A stretch of DNA of 63,770 nucleotides from Methyloglobulus sp. (GTDB lineage: Bacteria; Pseudomonadota; Gammaproteobacteria; Methylococcales; Methylomonadaceae), in contig NZ_JBKKBJ010000273.1 in NCBI RefSeq assembly GCF_046714055.1, positions 1 to 63,770 on the forward strand, read 5' to 3'. Positions 42,486 through 52,959 of this stretch are shown piece after piece. Every line of letters starts with the position of its first letter. Position 1 is the stretch's first letter. The position numbers and the translations under genes were made by a program. Below the pieces are notes generated by a model. It had not been told where the DNA came from. It did no database searches and worked only from the letters and a program-made list of their open reading frames with translations.

Positions 42486-43217
42486 ATGACCAAGAAAGAT
42501 CAAGTCTTTAAAGAAAAAATCAACAAAGCGGCGGATTTCAAGTTCAGTGCGACAGTGGCCAACGTATTCGACGACATGGTCAACCGTTCGGTGCCTTACT
42601 ACGGCGAAATTCAGCGCATGATGGCGGAACAAGCCGCCGATTACGCCCAAGCAGGTACCGACGTGTACGATTTGGGCTGTGCTACCGGCACGACCCTCAT
42701 CGGCATGAACACCACGGTAGCCAAGACCATTCGTTTCATTGGTATCGACGATTCGTCGGAAATGCTGGCCAAATGCCGTAGCAAGCTTGAAGAAGCCGGT
42801 TTCAACCGCCCTTTTGAGCTGCGCGTCGCTGATTTAAGCAGTAGTGTTGAAATTAGCAATGCGTCGGTTGTGGTGTTATGCCTGACGTTGCAATTCGTTC
42901 GCCCTATTTATCGGGAAAAATTGCTCAAAAGCATTTGCGATGGGTTATGCAGCGGCGGTGTGCTCATCCTCGTGGAAAAAATATTGACGGAAAACAGTGC
43001 GTTCAACCGCGACTTTATTAAACATTATTATAACTACAAGCGCCGTAATCACTACAGTGAATTAGAGATTGCGCAGAAACGTGAAGCCTTGGAAAATGTC
43101 CTCATCCCTTACAAGCTTAGCGAAAATATAGCATTATTGCGGGACACGGGTTTCGCCCATTGCGAAGTATTTTTCAAATGGTATAACTTCTCTGGTTTGA
43201 TCGCTCACAAGAATTAA
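42486..43217 (+). CDS. cmoA: carboxy-SAM synthase-like protein
   Basis: VANVFDDMVNRSVPYY, YDLGCATG, TLQF, EK and KREALENV motifs. Confidence 0.85.
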   Translation: MTKKDQVFKEKINKAADFKFSATVANVFDDMVNRSVPYYGEIQRMMAEQAADYAQAGTDVYDLGCATGTTLIGMNTTVAKTIRFIGIDDSSEMLAKCRSKLEEAGFNRPFELRVADLSSSVEISNASVVVLCLTLQFVRPIYREKLLKSICDGLCSGGVLILVEKILTENSAFNRDFIKHYYNYKRRNHYSELEIAQKREALENVLIPYKLSENIALLRDTGFAHCEVFFKWYNFSGLIAHKN

Positions 43218-43227
43218 CTCACTCACA

Positions 43228-43932
43228 ATGGTCCAAATCGGCAATTTCTTCTTCAAATACCGTAACTGGGTATTCATTCCCCTGTACTTGGCCTTATTCA
43301 TTCCGTCGCCGCTGTTAGCGCCTGAGCATCGCCATCGGTTACTGCTATTGGGTTTAGGCATCACGATTGCCGGTCAAGCGCTGCGTGGTGCGACGATTGG
43401 TTTGGCCTATATCGAGCGGGGTGGCCGCAACAAGCAAGTTTATGCTTCGCGGCTGGTAACGGAAGGCTTATTTAATCATTGTCGTAATCCTTTGTATGTC
43501 GGCAATATTCTAATGTTGCTAGGGGTCGGTATACTCGCAAATTCATGGTTATATCTATTGCTGTTCATTCCGGCTTTCTTATTTATTTATCAGTCTATCG
43601 TCCTGGCGGAAGAGCATTTTTTACGTGGTAAATTCGGCGCAGAGTTTGATGGCTATTGCCAACGCATCCACCGCTGGCTTCCCATTTTGCGCGGATTACG
43701 AGAAACTTTTAGCGGTATGCAATTTAATTGGCGGCGTTATTTGCTCAAGGAACTCACTACCCTGTACGTCTGGTTATTAGGCATTGTTTTGCTGCTGTTT
43801 TACAAATACCCTGAACTGACTGGCTACGATACGGCATTACGCAACCGCCTTTTATTCATCATCATACCCCTTTTGACCCTTGCCTATTTGAGCGTTCGTT
43901 ACTTAAAAAAATCCGGCAAAATGCGTGGTTGA
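43228..43932 (+). CDS. ICMT/PEMT-family membrane methyltransferase (LmtA-like)
   Basis: GNFFFKYR, LVTEGLFNHCRNPLYVGN and EEHFL..KFG motifs. Confidence 0.85.
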   Translation: MVQIGNFFFKYRNWVFIPLYLALFIPSPLLAPEHRHRLLLLGLGITIAGQALRGATIGLAYIERGGRNKQVYASRLVTEGLFNHCRNPLYVGNILMLLGVGILANSWLYLLLFIPAFLFIYQSIVLAEEHFLRGKFGAEFDGYCQRIHRWLPILRGLRETFSGMQFNWRRYLLKELTTLYVWLLGIVLLLFYKYPELTGYDTALRNRLLFIIIPLLTLAYLSVRYLKKSGKMRG

Positions 43933-44010
43933 GCAGGACAACAATAAGGCCGATTCGATTGGTTTTGCCCCGCCCGCTAATAGACTAGGCATGATTGTCG
44001 GCCACTACCT

Positions 44011-45561
44011 CTATCGCAACAAAACCGCCAAACTAATCAAAATAGCTCCGATGTAAATCGACCACAGGGTATTGCGGTGCTGTGTCTCCATCTGTTCGCG
44101 TAGCAGCGCCAATTCGCGTTGCTGGTTTTCTGCGCGTTTCTGGGCGTTGGCGGCATTGTCCAGGGTTTTAAACAGCAGGGTGGGGATTTCCGGGAAATGT
44201 TCGGCGACTTCTGGAAATTGCTTAAGTAACTTAGTGATTTTGGCTTTAGGCCCCATGCGCTCCTTGAACCATTTTTCCAGGAAGGGCTTGGCTGTTTGCC
44301 ACAAGTCCAAATCGGGATAAAGCTCCCTTCCCAAACCTTCGATGTTGAGCAAGGTCTTTTGTAACAATACCAGTTGCGGTTGTACGTGCATGTCGAAACG
44401 ACGGGCCGTTTGAAACAGGCGCAGCAATAATTGCCCGAATGAAATATCTTTCAGGGGCTTTTCAAAAATAGGTTCACAAACACTGCGGATAGCCGATTCA
44501 AATTCTTCAATCCGGGTTGAGCTGTGTACCCAACCGGATTCGACGTGCATTTGGGCGACTTTCCGGTAATCGCGGTTGAAGAAGGCCAGGAAATTTTCTG
44601 CAAGATAATGCTGGTCGGTCAACGAGAGCGAGCCGACGATACCGAAATCGACAGCGATATATTTTGCCGGCAGCTCAACAAAGATATTCCCTGGGTGCAT
44701 GTCGGCGTGGAAAAAGTTGTCCCTGAACACCTGGGTAAAAAATATCTCGACCCCGCGTTCAGCCAATAATTTGAAATCTGCCTCTTCATCTTTTAAACGG
44801 TCGATTTCACCGATGGGTATGCCATGAATCCGTTCCATCACCATGACTTTGCGCCGAGTAAAATCCCAATGGATTTCAGGGACATAAAGGATGTCCGAAT
44901 GTTCGAAGTTACGGCGTAATTTGGCGGCGTTTGCGGCCTCCCTAAGTAGGTCGAGTTCATCCAGTGTGCTACGTTCAAATTCGGCAACCACTTCCATAGG
45001 CCGCAACCGTCTGGCATCCGCCCAAAATTTTTCGGCAATCCGTGCCAGTTCGTACAGCAGCCCAATATCGGATTGAATCCCTTCTTCAATATTGGGCCTT
45101 AGTACTTTGACGACCACTTGTGCGCCGTTATGCAATTCGGCGGCATGTACTTGGGCGACCGAGGCGGATGCCAAGGGTTCCGGGTCAAACTTGGCAAAGA
45201 CTTTTGAAATGGGCATGCCCAATTCGCTTTCGATAATTTTTTGGGCAGTTTCGTTGGCGAAAGGGGGAACCCTGTCCTGTAGCTTGACCAGTTCATCGGC
45301 AATATCTTCGGGCAGCAAGTCTTTCCGTGTCGATAAGGCTTGACCGAATTTTACATAGATGGGGCCAAGTTCTTCCAAGGCCTTTCTGATTCGCACAGCC
45401 CGGGGTTCGGTTTTGGGCTTGAGCCAATAGCTAGGGGAAAACACCGCAAAATAGCGTACCGGGCGGAACAGATGGGTTTTAAATACGATTTCATCCAGGC
45501 CGTGGGAGACGAGTACCCAGTTGATATGGATGAGGCGAAAAATAATTCTGGGGTAAAACAC
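44011..45561 (-). CDS. ubiB: ubiquinone biosynthesis kinase-like protein
   Basis: [29 protein letters not shown] and DFGIVG motifs. Confidence 0.97.
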   Translation of the reverse strand: MFYPRIIFRLIHINWVLVSHGLDEIVFKTHLFRPVRYFAVFSPSYWLKPKTEPRAVRIRKALEELGPIYVKFGQALSTRKDLLPEDIADELVKLQDRVPPFANETAQKIIESELGMPISKVFAKFDPEPLASASVAQVHAAELHNGAQVVVKVLRPNIEEGIQSDIGLLYELARIAEKFWADARRLRPMEVVAEFERSTLDELDLLREAANAAKLRRNFEHSDILYVPEIHWDFTRRKVMVMERIHGIPIGEIDRLKDEEADFKLLAERGVEIFFTQVFRDNFFHADMHPGNIFVELPAKYIAVDFGIVGSLSLTDQHYLAENFLAFFNRDYRKVAQMHVESGWVHSSTRIEEFESAIRSVCEPIFEKPLKDISFGQLLLRLFQTARRFDMHVQPQLVLLQKTLLNIEGLGRELYPDLDLWQTAKPFLEKWFKERMGPKAKITKLLKQFPEVAEHFPEIPTLLFKTLDNAANAQKRAENQQRELALLREQMETQHRNTLWSIYIGAILISLAVLLR

Positions 45562-45570
45562 GGACGGCCT

Positions 45571-46194
45571 TTATTCTGATTTTGCTGTAATGGAATTTAT
45601 CAAGCGTTCAACACGGCTGTTAAGCCGGTCATATGCGTTCCGTAGCTCATCGATTTGTTGGTAATAAATGTCAATTTCAGGTTTGGCGGGCAAATGTCGG
45701 ATTTCTTCCTGAAGAAATTCGGCGGTGTTGAGTTTAAAAGTTTCGATAGTTTCTTTGCCCCAGTCTTGCCCGGAGCGGAAGAACTGGCTGATTCGGCTTG
45801 CCAGGTCAGCCCCTGCGTATTGGGCAAGCAATCCTTCAAGATCAATATCCAGTTTTTTGAATAACTCCTGAAATTTCTTTCCGGTTTGGATGTCGCCTTC
45901 GATTTTAATATCGCCTGAGAAAACCGAGCGCATCGGCTTGGCGCTGATGCCCATTAATCCCAATGCCCACACCGAACCGCTGATGGTTGTGTCGGGTTGT
46001 GATGTTGTTTGGCCGATAATCTGGATAGAATCGCCTGTCGGGCAAAGATAGAAGGTTTCGTTAAAAGGCTGGATAGTGAGCGCGATGATTTTGCCTTTTA
46101 GCGGGATAAACAAATCTTCTTTATTGTTACCCAGCGCCAGATAACGGTTGAGAGCGGTTTCAAGGGCGGTGATTAGGAGGGGTTTTATGAGCAT
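45571..46194 (-). CDS. ubiJ: ubiquinone biosynthesis accessory factor (SCP2)
   Basis: LETALNRYL, IEGD and AEFLQEE motifs; directly upstream of ubiB. Confidence 0.9.
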   Translation of the reverse strand: MLIKPLLITALETALNRYLALGNNKEDLFIPLKGKIIALTIQPFNETFYLCPTGDSIQIIGQTTSQPDTTISGSVWALGLMGISAKPMRSVFSGDIKIEGDIQTGKKFQELFKKLDIDLEGLLAQYAGADLASRISQFFRSGQDWGKETIETFKLNTAEFLQEEIRHLPAKPEIDIYYQQIDELRNAYDRLNSRVERLINSITAKSE

Positions 46195-46374
46195 GTTAGC
46201 GCTTTTTCTTTAATCTACTTCTACAACTTGATATTCTTACACGATAGTAATAGTGACATGTTAGTCAGTGCTTAGCGTGCTGGGGTAAAAACGGGAACCC
46301 TAAAATTTGGATCTTCGTTGCATTGGGGATCGAGCAGTACCAAACCTGTTTTGAACATGTCAATCACGCATTAA

Positions 46375-47466
46375 TCAAGTATTTTGTATAACAATATTCG
46401 GAAACCGTGTACTAAAATCCTTCGCCTTCAACGCCAATTTTGCCGTCGCTTTACGGGCAATGGCTTTGTACATCTGCGCGGCTGGGCTGTCTGGATCAGC
46501 GGCAACAGTCGGTTGACCGGAATCGGCTTGCATTCGGATGTTGATATCCAGGGGCAATGCACCCAGAAAATCGACATGATTGGTTTCAGCCATCACAACG
46601 CCGCCGCCTGCCCCAAAGATGGGTTCGCTATGGCCGCACTGGCTGCAAATGTGCATACTCATATTTTCAACGATGCCCAGCACGGGGACATTCACTTTTT
46701 GGAACATACCCAAACCGCGCTGGGCATCAATCAGGGCGATGTCTTGCGGCGTGGTGACGATAATCGCGCCGCTGACGGGTATCTGCTGCGATAAGGTCAA
46801 TTGGATGTCGCCGGTGCCGGGCGGCAGGTCAACGATCAAGTAATCGACATTGTCCCAATTGGTGTCCCTGAGCAATTGCTGTAAGGCGTTGGTGACCATC
46901 GGGCCGCGCCAGATCATGGCTTGGCCTGCGTCTACCAGATAGCCGATTGACATGGTTTGGATGTTATAGGCAATCTTGGGCAGCATGGTCTTGTTGTCCC
47001 TGCTTTCGGGATAACCGGACAGGCCCAGCATGGTGGGGATGCTGGGGCCGTAAATATCGGCATCCAGAATGCCAACATTAGCGCCTTCTGCGGCTAATGC
47101 CAAAGCCAGATTGACGGCGGTGGTGGATTTGCCAACCCCGCCTTTGCCCGAAGCGACCGCAATAATATTTTTGACGTTAGGTTGGGGTTTGAGGGCTTGC
47201 TGTACGGCGTGTGAAATGATTTTTGTTGAGACTTCAACGGTAATTGAGGCTATACCTGTAAGGGTTTTCAGTTGCTTTTCCACAACCGTTTTCAATTCCT
47301 CGTGAAAGCTTTTTGCTGGATAACCCAGTTCCAGTTTGACGGTGACGGCGTTGTTTTCGATGGTAATTGATTTAACGGATTTTGCGGACACTAGGTCGAG
47401 TCCGTGATTTGGGTCAATAACGGTTTTGAGGGCGTTTTCTATGTCGGCTTTAACGAGGTCGGTCAT
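46375..47466 (-). CDS. apbC: Fe-S cluster carrier Mrp/ApbC
   Basis: SGKGGVGKST, DADIYGPS, WRGPM, DLPPGTGD and CSQC motifs; divergent from metG. Confidence 0.96.
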   Translation of the reverse strand: MTDLVKADIENALKTVIDPNHGLDLVSAKSVKSITIENNAVTVKLELGYPAKSFHEELKTVVEKQLKTLTGIASITVEVSTKIISHAVQQALKPQPNVKNIIAVASGKGGVGKSTTAVNLALALAAEGANVGILDADIYGPSIPTMLGLSGYPESRDNKTMLPKIAYNIQTMSIGYLVDAGQAMIWRGPMVTNALQQLLRDTNWDNVDYLIVDLPPGTGDIQLTLSQQIPVSGAIIVTTPQDIALIDAQRGLGMFQKVNVPVLGIVENMSMHICSQCGHSEPIFGAGGGVVMAETNHVDFLGALPLDINIRMQADSGQPTVAADPDSPAAQMYKAIARKATAKLALKAKDFSTRFPNIVIQNT

Positions 47467-47517
47467 TGGGTTGGAGTCCTGGGGTTATGCTCAAATGTTG
47501 TTGTCTTATGCTTTAAG

Positions 47518-47617
47518 CCCCCTCTCCCTGATGGAGAGGGTCGGGGTGAGGGGGATAATAATAGAACAATTTTTTTTAATTTCCCTCATCCTAACCTTCT
47601 CCCTCAGGGAGCAGGAA
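47518..47617. repeat. CCCTCTCCC/CCCTCAxCCTAACC palindromic repeat pair
   Basis: Same family as the cargo of 10646-10776. Confidence 0.75.
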
Positions 47618-47783
47618 CCAATCCGCATAACTAGCGGCATTTAGTGGTCAAGTTTGTAAATTCCGCCTTATTGGCAGCATTTTACAGCAAATCAACAACC
47701 CATGCCGTACAGCTTCCCAATATCCCAAGAAGCCACTGTTTATGACATAATGCCCTTTTGTTTTTGACCTGTTTGCAAGTCCC

Positions 47784-49802
47784 ATGTTCAATAGAAAAAT
47801 CCTGGTTACCAGTGCCTTACCTTACGCCAACGGCCCGATCCATATCGGCCATTTAGTCGAATACATACAAACCGATATTTGGGTGCGTTTCCAGAAGCAA
47901 CGCGGCAACCTGTGTTATTACGTGTGTGCCGACGACACGCACGGTACGCCGATCATGCTTAAAGCAGATAATGAGGGTATTTCCCCCGAGCAACTCATCG
48001 CTCAAGTGGGCAAGGAACATCTGGCCGATTTCGCCGAATTTGACGTGGCTTTCGACAACTACCACAGCACGCATTCCGAAGAAAATAAAGTGTTTTCCAC
48101 ATTAATCTACGAACGGCTACGGGATGCCGGGCATATCAACTCGCGCAGCATTACCCAGGGTTACGATCCGGTCAAGAAGATGTTCTTGTCTGACCGCTTT
48201 ATCAAAGGTGACTGCCCTAAATGCGGTGCGCTGGAGCAATACGGTGACGGCTGCGAAGTGTGCGGCTCGACATATTCCCCTACCGAGCTAAAAAATGCCG
48301 TGTCGGCTATTTCAGGCGCAAAACCCGTTCCAAAAGATTCCGTCCATTACTTTTTCAATCTGGAAAACTTCAACGACATGCTGCGTGACTGGACCACTGC
48401 CGGGCATTTACAGCCCGAAATAAGTAATAAACTGGCAGAGTGGCTGGACGGTGGCTTGAAACAATGGGATATTTCCCGCGACGCGCCGTATTTCGGTTTT
48501 GAAATACCCGATGCGCCGGGCAAATATTTTTATGTCTGGCTGGATGCGCCGATTGGCTACATGGCGAGCTTCAAAAACCTTTGCGATAAACGGGGGCTGG
48601 ATTTTGATGAGTTCTGGCGCAAAGGCAGCAATACCGAGCTGTACCATTTTATCGGCAAAGACATTATCTATTTTCACGCGCTGTTCTGGCCGGCCATGTT
48701 GAGCGGGGCGCAGTTCAGGACACCCAGCGCGATTTTCGCGCATGGCTTTTTGACCGTGAATGGCGAAAAGATGTCCAAATCCCGTGGCACTTTCATCAAA
48801 GCCAGGACTTACCTGGATCATCTTAACCCGGAATACCTGCGCTATTACTTTGCTGCCAAACTCAGCGCTGGCGTTGATGATATCGACCTTAATTTTGATG
48901 ATTTTAGCCAACGGGTAAACTCCGATGTAGTCGGCAAAGTCGTCAATATTGCCAGCCGTTGTAGTGGCTTTATCAGCAAACGCTTTGCAAACCGCTTATC
49001 GGAAAACTGCTCAGAACCGGCATTGTTTGCTGATTTTATTAATGCGAACGAAGGCATTGCCGAATTATACGAAACGCGGGAATTCGCCAAAGCCATGCGC
49101 GAAATCATGGCCTTGGCAGACAAGGCCAACCAGTACATCGACGAGAAAAAGCCCTGGCTGATCGCTAAAGAAGAAGACAAAGACCAGGAGTTACATGAGG
49201 TGTGTTCAATGGGACTCAACCTGTTCCGTGTGCTAACCGCTTATCTCAAACCCGTGTTGCCCGCCTTGGTTAAGGAAGCCGAACAGTTTTTGGCGATTGA
49301 AAACCAAAATTGGGTTGCCGGAATGCAGCCATTAAAAGGCCACACCATCAATGAATTCAAACCGCTGATGACGCGGGTTGAAGCCGACAAGATAACGGCA
49401 ATCATCGAAGCCTCCAAAGAAAACCTGGAAAAAACCGTCGATAAGCCCAAAGCCAAACAATTTGAACCGATAGCCGACACCATCCAAATCGACGATTTCG
49501 CCAAACTGGATTTGCGCATCGCCAAGATCGTCAAGGCGGAGTCTGTGCCGGAAGCTGACAAATTATTGAAACTAACCGTCGATATCGGCGATGAAACCCG
49601 CATCGTGTTTGCTGGCATCAAATCGGCTTATCAGCCAGAAGAACTGGAAGGGCGGTTAACCCTTGTGTTGGCAAACTTAGCGCCCAGAAAAATGCGATTT
49701 GGCACCTCAGAAGGTATGGTGTTGGCGGCAGGGCCGGGGGGGAAGGATATTTTTGTGTTAAGCCCCGATGAAGGTGCGGTTGCGGGGATGCGGGTTAAGT
49801 AA
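47784..49802 (+). CDS. metG: methionine--tRNA ligase
   Basis: [20 protein letters not shown] and KMSKS motifs, C-terminal tRNA-binding domain. Confidence 0.99.
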   Translation: MFNRKILVTSALPYANGPIHIGHLVEYIQTDIWVRFQKQRGNLCYYVCADDTHGTPIMLKADNEGISPEQLIAQVGKEHLADFAEFDVAFDNYHSTHSEENKVFSTLIYERLRDAGHINSRSITQGYDPVKKMFLSDRFIKGDCPKCGALEQYGDGCEVCGSTYSPTELKNAVSAISGAKPVPKDSVHYFFNLENFNDMLRDWTTAGHLQPEISNKLAEWLDGGLKQWDISRDAPYFGFEIPDAPGKYFYVWLDAPIGYMASFKNLCDKRGLDFDEFWRKGSNTELYHFIGKDIIYFHALFWPAMLSGAQFRTPSAIFAHGFLTVNGEKMSKSRGTFIKARTYLDHLNPEYLRYYFAAKLSAGVDDIDLNFDDFSQRVNSDVVGKVVNIASRCSGFISKRFANRLSENCSEPALFADFINANEGIAELYETREFAKAMREIMALADKANQYIDEKKPWLIAKEEDKDQELHEVCSMGLNLFRVLTAYLKPVLPALVKEAEQFLAIENQNWVAGMQPLKGHTINEFKPLMTRVEADKITAIIEASKENLEKTVDKPKAKQFEPIADTIQIDDFAKLDLRIAKIVKAESVPEADKLLKLTVDIGDETRIVFAGIKSAYQPEELEGRLTLVLANLAPRKMRFGTSEGMVLAAGPGGKDIFVLSPDEGAVAGMRVK

Positions 49803-49830
49803 TACCAATCACAATAAGTTCTCATTGAAA

Positions 49831-49865
49831 CCTTCTCCAGAGGGAGAAGGCCAGGATGAGGGGAT
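49831..49865. repeat. half copy of the CCTTCTCC..GGAGAAGG..GGATGAGGG repeat
   Basis: Matches 10670-10706. Confidence 0.6.
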
Positions 49866-49944
49866 TCATATAGCAACTTATTGGGATTGGTATAACCTAC
49901 TCATGGCTACGATGCTAGGCGCGTTATAGAGGGGAATGAATCCC

Positions 49945-49973
49945 TTGACAATCTCGAAGTCTGTAAATACATT
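49945..49973 (+). promoter_or_regulatory. sigma70 promoter of brnTA, probably leaderless
   Basis: TTGACA-17 nt-TACATT, with the ATG 6 nt downstream and no SD. Confidence 0.6.
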
Positions 49974-49979
49974 GTAAGT

Positions 49980-50264
49980 ATGATAAAGTTTGAATGGGAT
50001 GAGGTAAAAAACGAATCTAATCAAAAGAAGCACGGCATTTCTTTTGAAGAAGCCAAATCCGTATTTTACGATTCAGAAGCAATACAGTTTTTTGACAGCA
50101 AGCATTCATCAAATCAAGAAGAACGTTTTTTAATGCTCGGGCTAAGTTCAAATCTCCGTATGCTTCTTGTATGCCATTGTGTCAAGGAAAACAACCAGAT
50201 AATACGGATAATTTCAGCAAGGCATGCCACCAAGAAAGAAATGCAGCATTACACCAAAGGGTAA
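49980..50264 (+). CDS. BrnT family toxin
   Basis: FEWDEVKNESNQKKHGISFEEA...EERF...IRIISAR.AT. Confidence 0.95.
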   Translation: MIKFEWDEVKNESNQKKHGISFEEAKSVFYDSEAIQFFDSKHSSNQEERFLMLGLSSNLRMLLVCHCVKENNQIIRIISARHATKKEMQHYTKG

Positions 50265-50267
50265 ACC

Positions 50268-50483
50268 ATGAAAGCAGAATACGATTTATCAAAAATGAAA
50301 AGCCGGAAAAATCCGTTCGCAGCACAGTTGAAAAAGCAAGTCACCATACGAATGGGCGATGATGTCGTTGAATATTTCAAATCGATGTCCGAGGAAACAG
50401 GTATCCCATATCAGAGTTTGATTAACCTGTATTTGCGCGATTGCATGGCTCGGCATAGGAAGCTGGATTTGTCGTGGGAGTAA
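50268..50483 (+). CDS. BrnA/CopG-type antitoxin
   Basis: MKAEYDLS...KKQVTIR...YQSLINLYL. Confidence 0.92.
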   Translation: MKAEYDLSKMKSRKNPFAAQLKKQVTIRMGDDVVEYFKSMSEETGIPYQSLINLYLRDCMARHRKLDLSWE

Positions 50484-50822
50484 GGTTGTCGCTACGCGGG
50501 TTATTTTAATGTGGGTTCTCGTACCCACGGACGAGATACTTTCTTTTGCTTCGCCAAAAGAAAGTATCCAAAGAAAAGGCGACCCGGATGCCGCTTGCTT
50601 CCTGCGCTTCTCGCATTTACCGAGGGTTGTCAAAAGGGACTTCCCTGTCCCTTTGACAACGTGCGGCATCCCTGCCGCACCCCTAACGGGCTAATCCCAA
50701 TAAATGCTTCGATGCTCGGCGCGGCATAACGGGAAAGGGTGGCAATTGTAGGTTAAGGTGAACTTGTGAACCCCAACATGACATTGGGCATTTAAATTGT
50801 TGGGGTTCGTACTTCACCCCAA
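50481..50822 (+). repeat. composite structured repeat, left arm (multi-hairpin unit plus REP doublet)
   Basis: Inverted homolog at 51975-52323. Confidence 0.85.
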
Positions 50823-50862
50823 AGAGCTTTCAATTATCAAGCAACCAAAAAAGGGGATTATT

Positions 50863-51447
50863 ATGAAAAATCAAACTGAAAAAGACATTCAGTTTTATAT
50901 AACGAGCCTAGTTATCTACCGTTACAAGAATAACAACTTTGACCATGCGGCGAGGTGGCTTAACTTGTTAAATACTAGAAATGTAAATGTTAAGCAGATA
51001 ATTGATTATATTGCGTTTTATGGTGTAATGATTATAACGCTTGAGGATGGTCTGTATCTGGTTAAAAGAGATAAAAGCAAGGGTAAACAGGATTTAAAGA
51101 AAATCCTTAATAATATGAGTCGCTTCACGTATTACCAGTACATTCGTACTAATTCAAACGCCGATGCGGCTATTTTCGATAAAACACTATTTACAAAATT
51201 ACAGAAAATTTCTACAGAAGTTCAAACTAAAAAAGTCCAGATTTGCAACGTACAGATTAAAAAACGTAAAGCTCAGAGCGAGAGCAGCTTTATACAAAAC
51301 AAACAGATTTTAGATTATCTGAGCAAAAACCCTGCTGATAATGGTATGGGAAAATTTGGGGTCCACCAAGACAAGTATCGTTATGGATTTTATGGAAGTG
51401 GAACGAAAGAATACGATATTTGGCGAAAGGGGGATAAAGAAATATGA
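50863..51447 (+). CDS. hypothetical basic protein
   Basis: 194 aa, AT-rich, AAGGGG SD; no family recognised. Confidence 0.65.
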   Translation: MKNQTEKDIQFYITSLVIYRYKNNNFDHAARWLNLLNTRNVNVKQIIDYIAFYGVMIITLEDGLYLVKRDKSKGKQDLKKILNNMSRFTYYQYIRTNSNADAAIFDKTLFTKLQKISTEVQTKKVQICNVQIKKRKAQSESSFIQNKQILDYLSKNPADNGMGKFGVHQDKYRYGFYGSGTKEYDIWRKGDKEI

Positions 51448-51518
51448 AAATTGTCAATCTAAAAATCAGCGATGGTACTCGTTGAAGTCCGTTGGTTTAT
51501 AAGGCCGTTTTAAATAGG

Positions 51519-51965
51519 ATGGCAACAATGTTAACAGATGATGTTTTAAATTATTTGTCCAAGTTAAGTCATCGGCATATTGCTGTCAAAGAAATATGGC
51601 TTTTTGGATCAAGGGCTAATGGCACTGCCACTGGTGAATCAGACTGGGATTTGATTGTGTTTGGTGAAAATGGTCTGTTTAATTCAATCGCATCTGATAC
51701 AGAAGTGCACCGAGATGATGTTGATCTACTAGTAGTCAACGAGGTTACTGGCAATTTTAATAAACCATGGGGAAGTGAGAAAGCGGGTAGTCTTAAAGGA
51801 TGGAAGTGGGAGATACGTTCAGAGACCGAAGCAAGCTATGTCGGTAGCAAATGGATTGAAGATGAAGAAGCTGAAGCAGAGGGGCTTAATGATATGGGAA
51901 CGTTAATTGATATACAGCTTAAGGCATTTCGCGTATGGCCTGCATTCAATGATATGAACTCGTAA
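51519..51965 (+). CDS. minimal nucleotidyltransferase (MNT/Pol-beta fold)
   Basis: EIWLFGSRANG...SDWDLIV...VDLLV. Confidence 0.85.
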   Translation: MATMLTDDVLNYLSKLSHRHIAVKEIWLFGSRANGTATGESDWDLIVFGENGLFNSIASDTEVHRDDVDLLVVNEVTGNFNKPWGSEKAGSLKGWKWEIRSETEASYVGSKWIEDEEAEAEGLNDMGTLIDIQLKAFRVWPAFNDMNS

Positions 51966-51974
51966 GATAGCTCG

Positions 51975-52323
51975 GTAGGTTGGGGGGAGGAACGAACCCC
52001 AACATGACAGCGATCATTATATTTGTTGGGGTTCACAAGTTCACCCCAACCTATAATCACCCGCCATCTCCCGTATGCCGCGCCGAGTACCGGAAGTTTT
52101 GGCGGGAATAGCCCGTTAGGGGTGCGGCAGGGATGCCGCACGTTGCCGGAGGGACAGGAAGTCCCTTCCGGCAACCCCCGTCAAAACTGAGGAACGCAGG
52201 AAGCAAGCGGCATCCGAGCGGCCTTTCTTTTGGTTTCTTTTCTTTGGCCGCGCAAAGAAAAGAAACTCGCCTGCCAGTGCGGGAACTGGCATTCAAAACA
52301 ATCGTCGCGGTAGCGACACCTTA
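51975..52323 (-). repeat. composite structured repeat, right arm (inverted)
   Basis: Reverse complement aligns with 50481-50822, including the terminal TAAGG(T)TGTCGCTAC. Confidence 0.85.
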
Positions 52324-52369
52324 TCTATCCAGAATCGAGGAATTATGCTTAATCCTATATAATAAAAGC

Positions 52370-52948
52370 ATGATCTCAATCGACAAAATCAACGCCATCC
52401 TCCCCCAAACCCAATGCGGTCAATGTGGTTATAAAGGTTGTAAGCCTTATGCGGAGGCAATTGCATTAGGCCGTGCGGACATCAACCAATGTCCACCGGG
52501 AGGTGACGAGGGTATCTTGGAACTGGCTAAGTTGTTGGGATTAGCGGCTAAGCCTTTGCATCCTGAGTTTGGCGACCATAAACCCAAGCAGGTTGCGGTT
52601 ATTGTTGAAGAAGACTGTATTGGCTGCGTTAAGTGTATCGCCGCGTGTCCGGTCGATGCCATTTTGGGCGCGGCGAAATTGATGCATACCGTGATCGCTG
52701 CGGAGTGTACGGGTTGCGAGTTATGCGTTGCGCCGTGTCCGGTGGATTGCATTATCATGGAACCACTGACCATCCAGCTTTCTCCTGAGCAAAAAATAGC
52801 GCAAAAATTAACGGCGATGTGCCGTTATGAGGCTCGAAATCGCCGTAAAGATAACGAGGCATTGGAAAAAGCGGAAAAGGTAAGGAAACAGAAAGAAGCC
52901 TTGTTGAAAATGCGCTTGGCTAGCGGTGATGATAGGTCTTCCGTTTAA
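52370..52948 (+). CDS. RnfB/RsxB-like Fe-S protein (short form beside nth)
   Basis: [24 protein letters not shown] and [12 protein letters not shown] motifs; ATG 52370. Confidence 0.9.
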   Translation: MISIDKINAILPQTQCGQCGYKGCKPYAEAIALGRADINQCPPGGDEGILELAKLLGLAAKPLHPEFGDHKPKQVAVIVEEDCIGCVKCIAACPVDAILGAAKLMHTVIAAECTGCELCVAPCPVDCIIMEPLTIQLSPEQKIAQKLTAMCRYEARNRRKDNEALEKAEKVRKQKEALLKMRLASGDDRSSV

Positions 52949-52959
52949 TCTTACACAGG

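Noticed and set aside
50289-50729. ORFs 50289-50669, 50509-50694 and 50511-50729, plus 51836-52296 and the N-terminal extension of 52133
   Set aside because: Translations of the structured repeat arms, not genes.
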